DNA of 45,555 nucleotides from Candidatus Bipolaricaulota bacterium (GTDB lineage: Bacteria > Bipolaricaulota > Bipolaricaulia > Bipolaricaulales > Bipolaricaulaceae): the NCBI GenBank assembly GCA_021129895.1, contig JAJOKL010000004.1, positions 1 through 45,555 on the forward strand, written 5' to 3'. The translations under genes and the position numbers were made by a program. Every line of letters starts with the position of its first letter. Within the stretch, counting starts at the first letter, position 1. Below, one piece after another: positions 1 to 11,165 of this stretch. The notes under the pieces are model-generated. The model made no database searches and was not told the DNA's origin. It saw only the letters and a list, made by a program, of their open reading frames with translations.

Positions 1-1
1 G

Positions 2-175
2 GCGGTCCGGGGGCGGATCCGGCCGGGCGATATCCTCGTGGCGGGGGAGAACTTCGGCTGTGGCTCCTCCCGGGAGCACGCCGTCCTGGCCCTCCGGGGG
101 GCGGGGATCGCGTGCGTGGTGGCGAAAAGCTTCGCCCGGATCTTCTTCCGGAACGCGGTGAACCTGGGGTTCCCG
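2..175 (+). pseudogene. leuD: LeuD (3-isopropylmalate dehydratase small subunit) fragment, 5'-partial at the window edge and 3'-truncated, running in frame into an ilvE remnant
   Basis: Frame 2 reads ...[51 protein letters not shown], the conserved LeuD core. The frame is open to position 2. The usual C-terminal part is absent, and the frame continues directly into IlvE-like sequence at about 176-181. Confidence 0.7.
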
Positions 176-181
176 TCCTGC

Positions 182-809
182 TACATCCGCCCCCTGGTCT
201 TCCGGGGGCTGGGGAGCTTCAGCCTCGATGCCCGCCGGGACTGCCCGGTGGAGGTGGCGATCCTCACCATCGAGTGGGGGGCGTACCTGGGGACGGAGGC
301 GCTGGAACAGGGGGTGGACGTGGGTGTCTCCACCTGGGCTCGGATGGCGCCGAACACCTATCCCTCCCTGGCCAAGGCCGGGGGCCACTACACCAACTCC
401 CAGCTCATCGTCATGGAGGCCCATGACCGGGGGTTCTCCGAGGGGATCGCCCTGGACGTGTTCGGGTAGGTGAGCGAGGGGAGCGGCGAGAACCTGTTCA
501 TCGTCCAGGACGGGGTCCTCTACACCCCGCCGCTCAGCTCCTCCATCCTGGGCGGGGTGACCCGGCGGTGCGTGATGGCGCTCGCGGGGGACCTGGGGAT
601 CCCGGTGCGGGAGGAGCCCATCTCCCGGGAGCGCCTTTATCTTGCGGACGAGGCCTTCTTCACCGGGACGGCGGCGGAGATCACCCCCATCCGGTCGGTG
701 GACGGGATCCCGGTGGGGCCCGATCACCGCCAAGCCGCAAAGAGAATTCTTCGGGATCGTGCGGGGGGAGATCCCGGACCGCCACGGCTGGCTCACCCCG
801 GTAAGTTAA
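182..809 (+). pseudogene. ilvE: Branched-chain amino acid aminotransferase (IlvE) remnant: N-terminus missing, in-frame TAG, and a frameshift near the 3' end
   Basis: YIRPLVFRG...[42 protein letters not shown]...[14 protein letters not shown]...[17 protein letters not shown] matches class IV aminotransferases. TAG at 467-469 sits where IlvE has Tyr (E. coli, from memory: DVNGYISEGAGENLF). The frame changes around 712-720 (G4/C3 run). The expected C-terminus [30 protein letters not shown] is read in another frame and stops at 807-809. Confidence 0.8.
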
Positions 810-964
810 AAAAGGCAATACGCTGTCTGGTGTGGGAAGGTTCAGTCAGCTTTGCCTCACCTCTGCCCCCCATGCCGGGGAAGGGTTGAGGGGCAACCAG
901 CAACTACCCTCCGGGGTACCCACACAAGGGAGCGAGGAGACCGGATTACCTTTGGCCGGGGGCG

Positions 965-3667
965 TTACAGGTCACCCCAGTTGGTGCCCAATTTGATGTC
1001 CACCTTGAGGGGCACCTTGAGCTCCCACACCCCCTCCATCGCCTCCCGGATCAGCCGCGCCGCCCCCTCCGCCTCCCCTTGGTCCACCTCGAAGATGAGC
1101 TCGTCGTGGATCTGCAGGATCATGTCCGCGGCGAGCTTTCCCGCCTCCCACAGCCGATGGACCTCAAGCATGGCCAGCTTCATCAGGTCCGCCGCCGAGC
1201 CCTGGATGGGGGTGTTGATGGCGTTGCGCCGGTCGTAGCCCTGCCGCCTGCGGTCCTTGGAGGCCAGGCCCGGAAGGGGCCGCCTCCGGCCCAGGATGGT
1301 CACCGCATAGCCGGTACGCCTCGCCTCCTCCACCTTGCGGTCGATGAACTCCCGCACCTTGGGATAGGCGGCGAAGAACCGGTCGATGAACAATTTGGCC
1401 TCCTCCTGAGGGATCCCCAGGTCCCGGGCCAGGCCGTAGGGGCTGATCCCATACACGATCCCGAAGTTCACCCTCTTGGCCACCGTGCGCATGCGGGGAT
1501 CCACCTCGTCCGGGGAAACGCCGAAGATCTCGGCAGCGGTGCGCCGATGCAGGTCCTCCCCGCTCCTGAACGCCTCGATCAGCCCCTCGTCCCCGGAAAG
1601 ATGGGCCAGGATCCGGAGCTCGATCTGGGAGTAATCCGCCGCCAAGAGCAGCCTCCCCTCCGGGGCCACGAACGCCCGCCGGATGTCCACCCCCACCTCG
1701 TGCCGGGCTGGGATGTTCTGGAGGTTCGGCTCGGAGGAGGAGAGCCGGCCGGTGGCGGTGCCGGTCTGGTTGAACGAGGTGTGGATGCGGCCTGTCTCGG
1801 GGTTCACGTGGCGCGGGAGCTTCTCGATGTAGGTGTTGCGGAGCTTCTCCAGCTCCCGGTAGGCGATAAGCTTCGCCGGAAGCTCGTGGTAGGCGGAGAG
1901 CTCCCGCAGCACCTGGGAGTCGGTGGAGGGGCCGGTCTTGGTCCTTGAGAGCACCGGGAGCTTCAGCCGCCCGTAAAGCACCTCCCGCACCTGGGGCACC
2001 GAATCCGGGTTGAACTCTCCCCCGGCCAGGGCGAACAGCTCCTCCCGGAGCCGCCCGATCATCGCCTCCAGCTCCTTACCCTGCTCGTGCAATACCTCCG
2101 GGTCCAGGAGCACCCCCCGTCGCTCCATCCAAGCCAAGACCTCGATGAGCGGCACCTCCACCTCCTGGAACAGGGGGAGGAGCCCGGCCTCCCGGAGCCT
2201 GTCGGTGAGGGGGCGCCGCAGTCGGCACACCGCCTCCGCGTCCTCGCCGGCGTAGCGGCCGGCCCTGGCCAGGGGCACCTGGCGCAGCTCCCGCTCCCCG
2301 CCCTCGGCCAGAAGCTCCCGATAGGACTGCACCCGCTCCCCCAGCTCGTCCCGGACGATCACCTCCAGGGAGTGGCTGGGGGCATTGGGGTGGAGGAGCC
2401 AATGGGCGATCATGGCGTCGAAGGCGATCCCCCGCACCTCCACCCCATAGCGGGCCAGGACCTCCAGGTCGTACTTCAGGTTCTGGCCGATCACCCGGGT
2501 TTTTTCCCCTTCCAGAAGCGGCCGCAGCAGCTCCAGTACCTCCGGCAGGGAGAGCTGGGCCGGGACCCCGAGGTAGCTATGGCCCACCGGGATGTAAAAG
2601 CCCTCGTAGGGCCGCATGGCCAGGGCGATCCCCACGATCTCGCACCTGAACGGGTCCACCCCGGTGGTCTCAAGGTCCAGCGAGAACTCCTCCGTCTCCT
2701 CCAGGCGGGCCACCAGTTCCTCCAGCTCCCCCCGCTCGGTGATCACCCGGTAGCGGGGCTCCGGGCCCTCCACCACCTTGAGCTCGGCCAGGATGGACTT
2801 GAACTCAAGTTCGGAAAGGACCTGAACGAGTTCATCCGGGTCGATCTCCCGGGGGATGAGATCGGGGAGCTCCAGGTCGAGCTCCACCTCCCGCAGCCGC
2901 ACCAGCTCCCGGGAGAGGAGCGCCTCCTCTCGGTGCTCCACCAGGGCCTGGGCGGCGCGCTTGTTGGCCACCTTGTCCGCGTTCGCTAGCAGTGCCTCCA
3001 GGGAGCCGTATTCGGCGAGGAGCCTTTTGGCCGTCTTGTCCCCGATCCCCCGTACTCCCGGGACGTTGTCCGAGCTATCCCCTACCAGGGCCAGGAGGTC
3101 CACGATCCTTTCGGGGGGGACGCCGAACTTCTCCTCCACCCCCTTCCGATCCAGCAGTGCCAGGCCCTCGCTGGGTTTTCTGCCCGGCCGGAGCAGGAAC
3201 ACCCGCTCGGAGACGAGCTGAGCCATGTCCTTATCCCCGGTGAGGAGGAGAGCCGGCACGCCCTGCCCCTCCGCCAGCCGGGCCAGGGTGGCCATGATGT
3301 CGTCCGCCTCGTAGCCGGGGAGCTCCAGGCGCGGCACCCCCAAGGCGTCCAAAAGCTCCTTGCCCCGGGGGAGCTGCTGGGCGAGGGCATCGGGCATCTC
3401 CTTGCGGGTGGCCTTGTAAGCGGCGAACTCCTGGTGCCGCACCGTCACCCCGCCAGCGTCGAATGCCACCGCCAGGTACCGGGAGGGGTACTCGCGCAGG
3501 GCCATGAGCAGCGTGCGCGTAAAGCCGTACACCGCATTCACCGGCTCCCCTTTGGAGGTGGTGAGCTCGGGGATGGCGTAGAAGGAACGGAACAGGGCGG
3601 AGTGCCCGTCGATGAGGAGCAGTCGCTCGGGCACTTCCTCGATCCCCAGCGCCTGGTAGATGTTCAT
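965..3667 (-). CDS. polA: DNA polymerase I
   Basis: 900-aa product from ATG at 3667 (MNIYQALGIEEVPERLLLIDGHSALFRSFYA, 5'-nuclease N-terminus). Family A motifs are present: DYSQIELRILAH, RTVAKRVNFGIVYG, ILQIHDELIFEV. The longer in-frame extension to 3805 overlaps ruvC and looks non-coding. Confidence 0.95.
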   Translation of the reverse strand: MNIYQALGIEEVPERLLLIDGHSALFRSFYAIPELTTSKGEPVNAVYGFTRTLLMALREYPSRYLAVAFDAGGVTVRHQEFAAYKATRKEMPDALAQQLPRGKELLDALGVPRLELPGYEADDIMATLARLAEGQGVPALLLTGDKDMAQLVSERVFLLRPGRKPSEGLALLDRKGVEEKFGVPPERIVDLLALVGDSSDNVPGVRGIGDKTAKRLLAEYGSLEALLANADKVANKRAAQALVEHREEALLSRELVRLREVELDLELPDLIPREIDPDELVQVLSELEFKSILAELKVVEGPEPRYRVITERGELEELVARLEETEEFSLDLETTGVDPFRCEIVGIALAMRPYEGFYIPVGHSYLGVPAQLSLPEVLELLRPLLEGEKTRVIGQNLKYDLEVLARYGVEVRGIAFDAMIAHWLLHPNAPSHSLEVIVRDELGERVQSYRELLAEGGERELRQVPLARAGRYAGEDAEAVCRLRRPLTDRLREAGLLPLFQEVEVPLIEVLAWMERRGVLLDPEVLHEQGKELEAMIGRLREELFALAGGEFNPDSVPQVREVLYGRLKLPVLSRTKTGPSTDSQVLRELSAYHELPAKLIAYRELEKLRNTYIEKLPRHVNPETGRIHTSFNQTGTATGRLSSSEPNLQNIPARHEVGVDIRRAFVAPEGRLLLAADYSQIELRILAHLSGDEGLIEAFRSGEDLHRRTAAEIFGVSPDEVDPRMRTVAKRVNFGIVYGISPYGLARDLGIPQEEAKLFIDRFFAAYPKVREFIDRKVEEARRTGYAVTILGRRRPLPGLASKDRRRQGYDRRNAINTPIQGSAADLMKLAMLEVHRLWEAGKLAADMILQIHDELIFEVDQGEAEGAARLIREAMEGVWELKVPLKVDIKLGTNWGDL

Positions 3668-4125
3668 CTCCGATCGAACAGCGCGCACACCGCCACCGCC
3701 AGGGCGTCGGCAGCGTGATCGGTGCCCAGCTCCCGGGTGGAAAGGAGGTGCTCCATCATCCGGATCATCTGGTCTTTGGGGGCCGAGCCGTTTCCGCAGA
3801 TCCACTTCTTTATCTCCCGGGGGGCGTAAGAGCGGAGCTCGCAGCCGTGGGCGGCCAGCTTCACCACCCCCAGCACCTGGGCGGTGAGCATGGCCGAGGG
3901 GGCGTTGCGGGCTAGGTACACCTCCTCCACCGCCACTGCGTCCGGCCGGTACTCCTCCACCACCTGCCTGAGGGCGCGGTAGATCTTGGCCAGCCGGTCC
4001 GGGAGCGGGGCCTTGCTGGAGGTACGGACGGTGCCGCGGGCCACGGGCCGCAAGCCCTCGTCCTCCTCCTCCACCACCCCGTAGCCGGTGGCGGTGAGCC
4101 CCGGATCCACTCCCAATACCCTCAT
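3664..4125 (-). CDS. ruvC: Crossover junction endodeoxyribonuclease RuvC
   Basis: MRVLGVDPGLTATGYGVV..., AVAVEEVY, and C-terminal GTDHAADALAVAVCA are typical RuvC blocks. ATG at 4125. The stop overlaps the polA ATG (ATGA). The upstream part of the 241-aa ORF is low-complexity Gly/Pro and was rejected. Confidence 0.9.
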   Translation of the reverse strand: MRVLGVDPGLTATGYGVVEEEDEGLRPVARGTVRTSSKAPLPDRLAKIYRALRQVVEEYRPDAVAVEEVYLARNAPSAMLTAQVLGVVKLAAHGCELRSYAPREIKKWICGNGSAPKDQMIRMMEHLLSTRELGTDHAADALAVAVCALFDRR

Positions 4126-4595
4126 AGCAAGTCCCGGAGCTTCTCCAGGCGGGGATCCCCCTGGGGGCGGGTTGCCTCGCAGCCGGGCCGGTGGTCCTCC
4201 CGGTTGAGGTCCGCCCCGCAGGAAGGGCAGATACCCTTGCAATCCGGACGGCACAGGGGCCGGGAGGAGAGGGCCAGCTTGACCCCCGACTCCACCAGCG
4301 GCCGCAGCTCCAAATAAGCCCCGGCCTCCTCCACCGGGACCTCGAGGAAGTCCCGATGATGGAAGGCCTCCACCATTTCCGCCAGGCACCGGGAGCAGCG
4401 GCGGCGAACCCGGCCGCTCACCTCCAGGGTGACGAACACCCGCTCCTCCTGGAAGAAGGCGCTAGCTTGAACCTCTACCGCCCCCTCCAAAGGCAAACCC
4501 TCACCCCACCACTCCACGGTGGGGAGGGTTTCCTGGCCCGACAAGCGAAACGGCCGGCCCGGGGCCGTCCGCATCCTGGAAAGCTCGAACCTCAT
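4122..4595 (-). CDS. YceD/DUF177 family protein (23S rRNA accumulation protein-like)
   Basis: 157-aa product from ATG 4595 with GGAGGG RBS upstream. It has the C-terminal Cys cluster CSRC...CRPDCKGICPSCGADLN typical of DUF177. The stop overlaps the ruvC ATG (ATGA). Confidence 0.8.
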   Translation of the reverse strand: MRFELSRMRTAPGRPFRLSGQETLPTVEWWGEGLPLEGAVEVQASAFFQEERVFVTLEVSGRVRRRCSRCLAEMVEAFHHRDFLEVPVEEAGAYLELRPLVESGVKLALSSRPLCRPDCKGICPSCGADLNREDHRPGCEATRPQGDPRLEKLRDLL

Positions 4596-4644
4596 GGCTC
4601 TCCCTCCTTCGCCTCTCCCTCCATGAGTATAGCACGGGCGAAAG

Positions 4645-4673
4645 TTGAGCCCGAGCCCCCTTGCCCCTACCAT
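4645..4673 (+). promoter_or_regulatory. Candidate sigma-70 type promoter for rplI (TTGAGC-N17-TACCAT)
   Basis: TTGAGC at 4645-4650 and TACCAT at 4668-4673, 21 nt upstream of the rplI ATG, with AAGGGGGG as SD in between. Motif match only. Confidence 0.35.
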
Positions 4674-4694
4674 TGGCGGACAAGGGGGGTCGAC

Positions 4695-5141
4695 ATGAAA
4701 GTGCTGTTGGTGAAAGAAGTGCCCGGCCTGGGGATCCCGGGCGATGTGGTGGAGGTAAAGGACGGGTATGCCCGCAATTATCTGCTTCCCAGGGGACTGG
4801 CCACCATGCCCACGCCCCACGAGATGGCCCGCTACGAGAAGCTCCGGGCGCAGTATCAGGCGGAGCTCGCCGACCGGCGCACCCGGGCCCAGATGTTGGC
4901 GGAGAAGCTCCAAGGAGCCGAGCTCTCCTTCGCCCGCAAGGTCCACGACGAGGACAAGCTATACGCCATGGTCAAACCACAGGATGTGGCCAAGGCCATT
5001 GAAGAACAGTTCGGGGAGAAGGTCGATCCCCATCGGATCAAGATGGAGCCCATCGAGTCCCTGGGGGAGTACGAGGTACAGATCGGCATCTATGAGGACA
5101 TCACTGCCACGGTCAAGGTCACGGTGACCGCGGCCGACTGA
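4695..5141 (+). CDS. rplI: 50S ribosomal protein L9
   Basis: MKVLLVKEVPGLGIPGDVVEVKDGYARNYLLPRGLA is the canonical L9 N-terminus. The product is 148 aa. SD AAGGGGGG lies upstream of the ATG at 4695. Confidence 0.9.
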   Translation: MKVLLVKEVPGLGIPGDVVEVKDGYARNYLLPRGLATMPTPHEMARYEKLRAQYQAELADRRTRAQMLAEKLQGAELSFARKVHDEDKLYAMVKPQDVAKAIEEQFGEKVDPHRIKMEPIESLGEYEVQIGIYEDITATVKVTVTAAD

Positions 5142-6703
5142 TGCCCCCCGCCCCCCTCCGGGGCCGACTGCGCTCCCTGAGCGGGATCATCGCCGGGGGG
5201 CGCGAGTTTTTGCCCCCCCTTTTCGGGGGAGCGTTCTCCGGGGCGGTGTTCCGCGGGGCGGCGGGGACCGCCCTGTCCCGGTTGGTGGGGTTGGGCCGGG
5301 AGGTGACCCTGGCCCACGTGTTCGGGGCTTCCGCGGCCCTGGATGCGTTCTTCATCGCCTACTTCGTGCCGAATCTGTTGCGGCGCCTGCTGGGGGAGGG
5401 GGGGATGGCCGCCGCCTTCCTGCCCCTGTATGTGCAGGCCCGGGGGGAGGGCGCCCCGTTCGCCCGGGCCGCGCTGCGGGCGTTGGTGGCGGTGCTGGTC
5501 CCGGTTTGCGCCCTGGGGGCGCTTTTGGCGCCCCTCTACATCCCCGCCCTGGCGGCCGGCTTCTCCCAGGAGAAGCTGGCCCTGGCCATATCCCTGGCCC
5601 GCTGGACGTTCCCCTTTCTGGCGTTGGCCTCACTTTCCGCCCTGGCCGGGGCGATCCTGAACGCCCACGGCCGCTTCTTCCTGCCGGCCGCCGCCCCCAG
5701 TGCCTGGAGCCTGGGACTGATCCTGGGGGCGCTGTTCGGCTCCCGGCTGGTCTCACCGCCGGTGCTGGGCCTGGCGGTGGGGCTCCTCCTCGGGGGCGTC
5801 GGGATGGTGGTCATCCAGGCACCGGCTGCTCTGCCCCATCTGCGGGGGCCGGGCCAGTCCTCCCCGCGGCAGCTGGTGGAGCTAGGACGCCGGCTCCTCC
5901 CGGTGCTGGGGGGGCTGGCGGTGGCGGAGGTGAACCTGCTCGTGGACAACCGCCTCGCCTCCTACCTCGCCGACGGGTCGGTGGCCATCCTGCAATACGC
6001 CATGCGCCTCTTCCAGCTCCCATTGGGGATACTGGCGGTGTCGGTGGCCACCGCCGCCCTGCCTCGCCTGTCCGCCCACGTGGCCCAGGGGACGGAGCAC
6101 GGGTTCCGGCAGGCCCTGGGGAAAGGAGTGGCGCTGGGGGCGGCGCTCCTGCTCCCGGCCACCGCCGGCCTGCTGGTTCTGAGGAGGCCAGTGGTGGAAC
6201 TGCTGTTCCAGCACGGGGCGTTCACCGCCGCCGACACTGTCCGCACCGCCGCGGCCCTGGCCGCATACCTTGCCGGCCTGTGGGGATATGGGCTGGTGTA
6301 CCTGTTCTCCCGGGGCTTCTATGCCTTGGGCCGGCCGGTGGTCCCGGTGCTCACCGCGGCGGTGGCGGTGGGGGTGAACGTGGGGTTGGACCTGGCTTGG
6401 GTGGGACCGTGGGGCACCTTCGGGCTGGCCCTGGCCACCGGGGTGGCCGGCTGGGTGGACGCACTGCTGCAGGGGATGCTGCTGTGGCGTCGGGGAAGGG
6501 GCTGGGTGCCCTGGCGGGCCGTGGGCGCCGCCGGGCTGGCCGCCCTGGGGATGGGCCTCTTGCTGTGGGGCTTTGACCGGGTGGCCCTGGCCGGCCTCGG
6601 GCCTTGGGGCCGGGTCCTGTTGGGGGTGCCGGCCGGCCTCCTCCTCTACCTCTCCTTTGGCCGCCTATTGGGGCTCGACCGCGCCCTCAGGGGCGCAGGA
6701 TGA
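5141..6703 (+). CDS. murJ: Lipid II flippase MurJ/MviN
   Basis: 520-aa polytopic membrane protein. It carries LSRLVGLGREVTLAHVFGASAALDAFFIAYFVPNLLRRLLGEGGMAAAFLPLY, the typical MurJ N-terminal signature. The ATG overlaps the rplI stop (TGATG). Confidence 0.85.
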   Translation: MPPAPLRGRLRSLSGIIAGGREFLPPLFGGAFSGAVFRGAAGTALSRLVGLGREVTLAHVFGASAALDAFFIAYFVPNLLRRLLGEGGMAAAFLPLYVQARGEGAPFARAALRALVAVLVPVCALGALLAPLYIPALAAGFSQEKLALAISLARWTFPFLALASLSALAGAILNAHGRFFLPAAAPSAWSLGLILGALFGSRLVSPPVLGLAVGLLLGGVGMVVIQAPAALPHLRGPGQSSPRQLVELGRRLLPVLGGLAVAEVNLLVDNRLASYLADGSVAILQYAMRLFQLPLGILAVSVATAALPRLSAHVAQGTEHGFRQALGKGVALGAALLLPATAGLLVLRRPVVELLFQHGAFTAADTVRTAAALAAYLAGLWGYGLVYLFSRGFYALGRPVVPVLTAAVAVGVNVGLDLAWVGPWGTFGLALATGVAGWVDALLQGMLLWRRGRGWVPWRAVGAAGLAALGMGLLLWGFDRVALAGLGPWGRVLLGVPAGLLLYLSFGRLLGLDRALRGAG

Positions 6704-7277
6704 TCCCCGAATCTTCCGGCTCCTCTGGGGGATAGGTGCCCAAAAGAGCGGTCACGAACCGGTCCGGCTCCTTTCGGGAGAAGTGGTCCAGGAAGGCCGC
6801 CAGCCCCTCACATGCCTCCCGCAGCCCCTGTGGGTGAAGCCTCCCCTCCCGCACCAGCGGCAGCAGCCCCCGCTCCAACAGCTCCCCCAGCTTGGGCACG
6901 TACGGCTCCACTAGCTCAATGGGGGAGAGGCGTCGGGCCAGATACCCCAGGGCGGCGGCCACGTCGGCGTCCTGGAAGGGGTAGCGGTGAAGGAGCTGAG
7001 CGAGGGCGTACTTGAGGACCTCCAAGTGAGGGAGGAGGCCCTCCATGCCCCGGCGGGCCAGCGCCTCCTCGTACTCCTGCCAAGCTTGAGCCAGCTCCCG
7101 GGCCTTCCGCTCCCGCCGCCGCCGCTCCGCGGCTACAAGATAAGTGCAGCCGGTGGGGCAACCCAGCGCCTTCCCCCGATGGGTGCCACAGCAGGTGCTG
7201 CAGATCAGGGCATCCAGTGCCGGGCAGCGGCGCTCCCCCAACCTCTGCCCGCACAACGGGCACCGCTCGGCGCTCAC
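6687..7277 (-). CDS. Hypothetical Cys-rich protein (putative metal/Fe-S binding N-terminus, helical C-terminus)
   Basis: 196 aa with N-terminus CPLCGQRLGERRCPALDALICSTCCGTHRGKALGCPTGC. The GTG start overlaps the stop of the upstream DUF59 gene (GTGA). I recognise no family. Confidence 0.6.
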   Translation of the reverse strand: MSAERCPLCGQRLGERRCPALDALICSTCCGTHRGKALGCPTGCTYLVAAERRRRERKARELAQAWQEYEEALARRGMEGLLPHLEVLKYALAQLLHRYPFQDADVAAALGYLARRLSPIELVEPYVPKLGELLERGLLPLVREGRLHPQGLREACEGLAAFLDHFSRKEPDRFVTALLGTYPPEEPEDSGIILRP

Positions 7278-7579
7278 AGGCCGCTGAAGTGCCTACGGGC
7301 CTCCTCGGACATCATCTCCGGCGTCCAGCGGGGCTCCCACACCAGGCTCACCTCCACCTCGTAGCCCTCGAACGCCTGCCGTAGGGCCTGCTCCACTTGG
7401 GCGGCCAGAGTCCCGGCCAGGGGGCAGCCCGGGGTGGTGAGGGTCATGTCCACCGCGATCTTGCCCTCGGAGATGTCCACATCGTAGATCAGCCCCAGGT
7501 CCACCACGTTGATCCCCAGCTCGGGGTCGATCACCTGCTCCCGCAGCACCTCTCGCACAGCATCGGTGGTGGGCTTCAT
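7274..7579 (-). CDS. DUF59 / SufT-like Fe-S cluster assembly protein
   Basis: 101 aa. VIDPELGINVVDLGLIYDV...MTLTTPGCPLAG is the hallmark of the DUF59 (MIP18/SufT/PaaD-like) family. Confidence 0.8.
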   Translation of the reverse strand: MKPTTDAVREVLREQVIDPELGINVVDLGLIYDVDISEGKIAVDMTLTTPGCPLAGTLAAQVEQALRQAFEGYEVEVSLVWEPRWTPEMMSEEARRHFSGL

Positions 7580-7580
7580 G

Positions 7581-7991
7581 TCAGTCCGCCTTCCTCGCCA
7601 TTCTCACCACGTCTGCCAGGGTGAGCCGGGAGAGCTCCTCCTGGATCAGCCGCTCCAGATGGCGCCACAGCGGGGCGGTAGGGCACCCATCGTCGATCTC
7701 GCAGTCCTCGCCTACGATGCAGGCGAGTTTGGGCATCGGACCCTCCAGGGCGGCCAGCACCCGGCTCACCGAGATCTCCTTGGGGGCCAGGGCCAGCCGA
7801 TACCCTCCGGTGCGGCCCTTCTGGGTGGCCACGATCCCCGCTTGCCTGAGATCCTGGAGGATCTTGCGTAGGAAGGCCTCTGGAACCCGATGACGATCGG
7901 CCAGCACCCGGGCTGAGTGCCACCGATCGGCCTCCACCGCGAGCTCGTACAGTATCCGCATCCCGTAGTCCGAACGCTTGCTCAGGATCAT
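7581..7991 (-). CDS. Rrf2 family transcriptional regulator (IscR/NsrR-like)
   Basis: MILSKRSDYGMRILYELA..., a winged HTH (ARVLADRHRVPEAFLRKILQDLRQAGIVATQKGRTGGYRLA), and a Cys cluster (CIVGEDCEIDDGC). Confidence 0.85.
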   Translation of the reverse strand: MILSKRSDYGMRILYELAVEADRWHSARVLADRHRVPEAFLRKILQDLRQAGIVATQKGRTGGYRLALAPKEISVSRVLAALEGPMPKLACIVGEDCEIDDGCPTAPLWRHLERLIQEELSRLTLADVVRMARKAD

Positions 7992-8000
7992 GGCCCCATT

Positions 8001-9175
8001 TTATGCCGCCCAGCCCGCTCCATCCACAAACTCGCGGGCGAGGGCCCGGGCCCACGAATCGGCCGCCTCGATATCGGATAGGGACCGGACTTCGCTGGGG
8101 GAGTGGCGGGCCAGCACCCAGTCCAGCCCGGCGGCGATACCCGTAAACGGGAGCCTCCCGGCGAGGAACGCCTCCACCAGCACCTCGTCGGCGGCGTTGG
8201 CCACCGCCGGGGCGGTCCCCCCCGCCTGCCCGGCGGCCAGCACCGTCCAGTAGGCCGGGTACCGCTCCCGGGGGAGCTCCCGGAACTCCAGGGACAGGCC
8301 GGGCAGGGACAGCCGGCTGGGGGGAGGGCCGAGGCGGCGGGGGTGGGTGAGGGCGGCCTGGATGGGGATGCGCATGTCCGGCGGGGCGAGCTGGGCCACA
8401 AACGAACCATCCCGCAGCTCCAGCAGGGCATGGACGATCGACTGGGGATGGAGTACCACCCCGATCTCCTCCCAGGAGAGGCCGAACAGGAAGCGGGCTT
8501 CGATGACCTCGAACGCCTTGTTCACCAGCGTGGCCGAGTCCACGGTGATGCGGGGCCCCATGCGCCAGGTGGGGTGGGCCAGGGCCTGCTGCGGGGTCAC
8601 CGCTGCCAATTGTTCCGGCGCTAGGTCCCGAAACGCCCCCCCGGAGGCGGTAATCCAGACTTTTTCCACCTCTTCCCTTGCGACACCGGAGAGGAGCTGG
8701 TATAGGCCGGCGTGTTCTGAGTCCACCGGGATGATCTGCTCGGGGTGCCGGCGGGCGGAAAGGACCAGCTCCCCCCCAACCACCAAGGACTCCTTGTTGG
8801 CCAAGGCCAGGGTCTTGCCGGCCTCCAAGGCGGACAAGGTGGCGTAAAGGCCCAGCGCCCCCACCACCGCGTTCAGCACCAGGTCCGCCTGGGGATGGGA
8901 AGCGGCTCGGGCCAGCCCCTCTCGCCCCCGAGCGAGTTCCACCCCGGCGGGGAGCAAGGGTCGGATCGCTCTCGCCTCCTCCTCCCCGGCCACCGCCACC
9001 AGGGCGGGGTGGAACTCGCGGGCCAGTGCGGCCAGGGCCTGCACCCTGCGGCCGGCGGCCAGGGCCACCACCTGCAGGGGTTCTCCTTGCGCCCGCAGCC
9101 GGCGCACCACCTCTAGGGCTTGGGTGCCGATGGAGCCGGTGGCGCCCAGGATGGCCAGGCGCCGGGGGGAGGGGG

Positions 9176-9179
<4 letters not shown>
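8001..9179 (-). CDS. dxr: 1-deoxy-D-xylulose 5-phosphate reductoisomerase
   Basis: LAILGATGSIGTQALEVV, LANKESLV, IPVDSEH and HPTWRMGPRITVDSATL are conserved Dxr blocks. The product is 392 aa. Confidence 0.95.
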
Positions 9180-11014
<1,835 letters not shown>

Positions 11015-11126
11015 GTCTCACTCGTAGCCCCACGCCGCGGTCCCCGCCTTCGGAGGGGGAACGGCAGCCGTTCGGACTTCAGCCGATGCAAGTTTACCTG
11101 GCCCCTCTCCCCACTACAACGGCGGT

Positions 11127-11156
11127 TTGGTTGGCCCTGCCGCCCCCGGTTACAAT
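11127..11156 (+). promoter_or_regulatory. Candidate promoter TTGGTT-N18-TACAAT driving a (near-)leaderless subtilase mRNA
   Basis: TACAAT at 11151-11156 lies 9 nt before the ATG at 11166, with no SD in between. A TTGGTT -35-like hexamer sits 18 nt upstream. Confidence 0.4.
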
Positions 11157-11165
11157 GCCGTTTCG

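Noticed and set aside
467-469. In-frame TAG in ilvE as possible recoding (read-through or pyrrolysine)
   Set aside because: The same locus is also N-terminally truncated, fused to leuD and frameshifted. There is no hint of Pyl machinery in the window. A nonsense mutation or base-call error is the simpler explanation.
3668-3805. N-terminal extensions of ORFs (polA to 3805, ruvC to 4389, yceD-like to 4946, rplI from 4191, gatA to 35417, sigma from 24461, DUF4384 protein from 26134)
   Set aside because: The extensions overlap neighbouring genes or are low-complexity. Internal starts coincide with family N-termini and SD sequences or ATGA overlaps.
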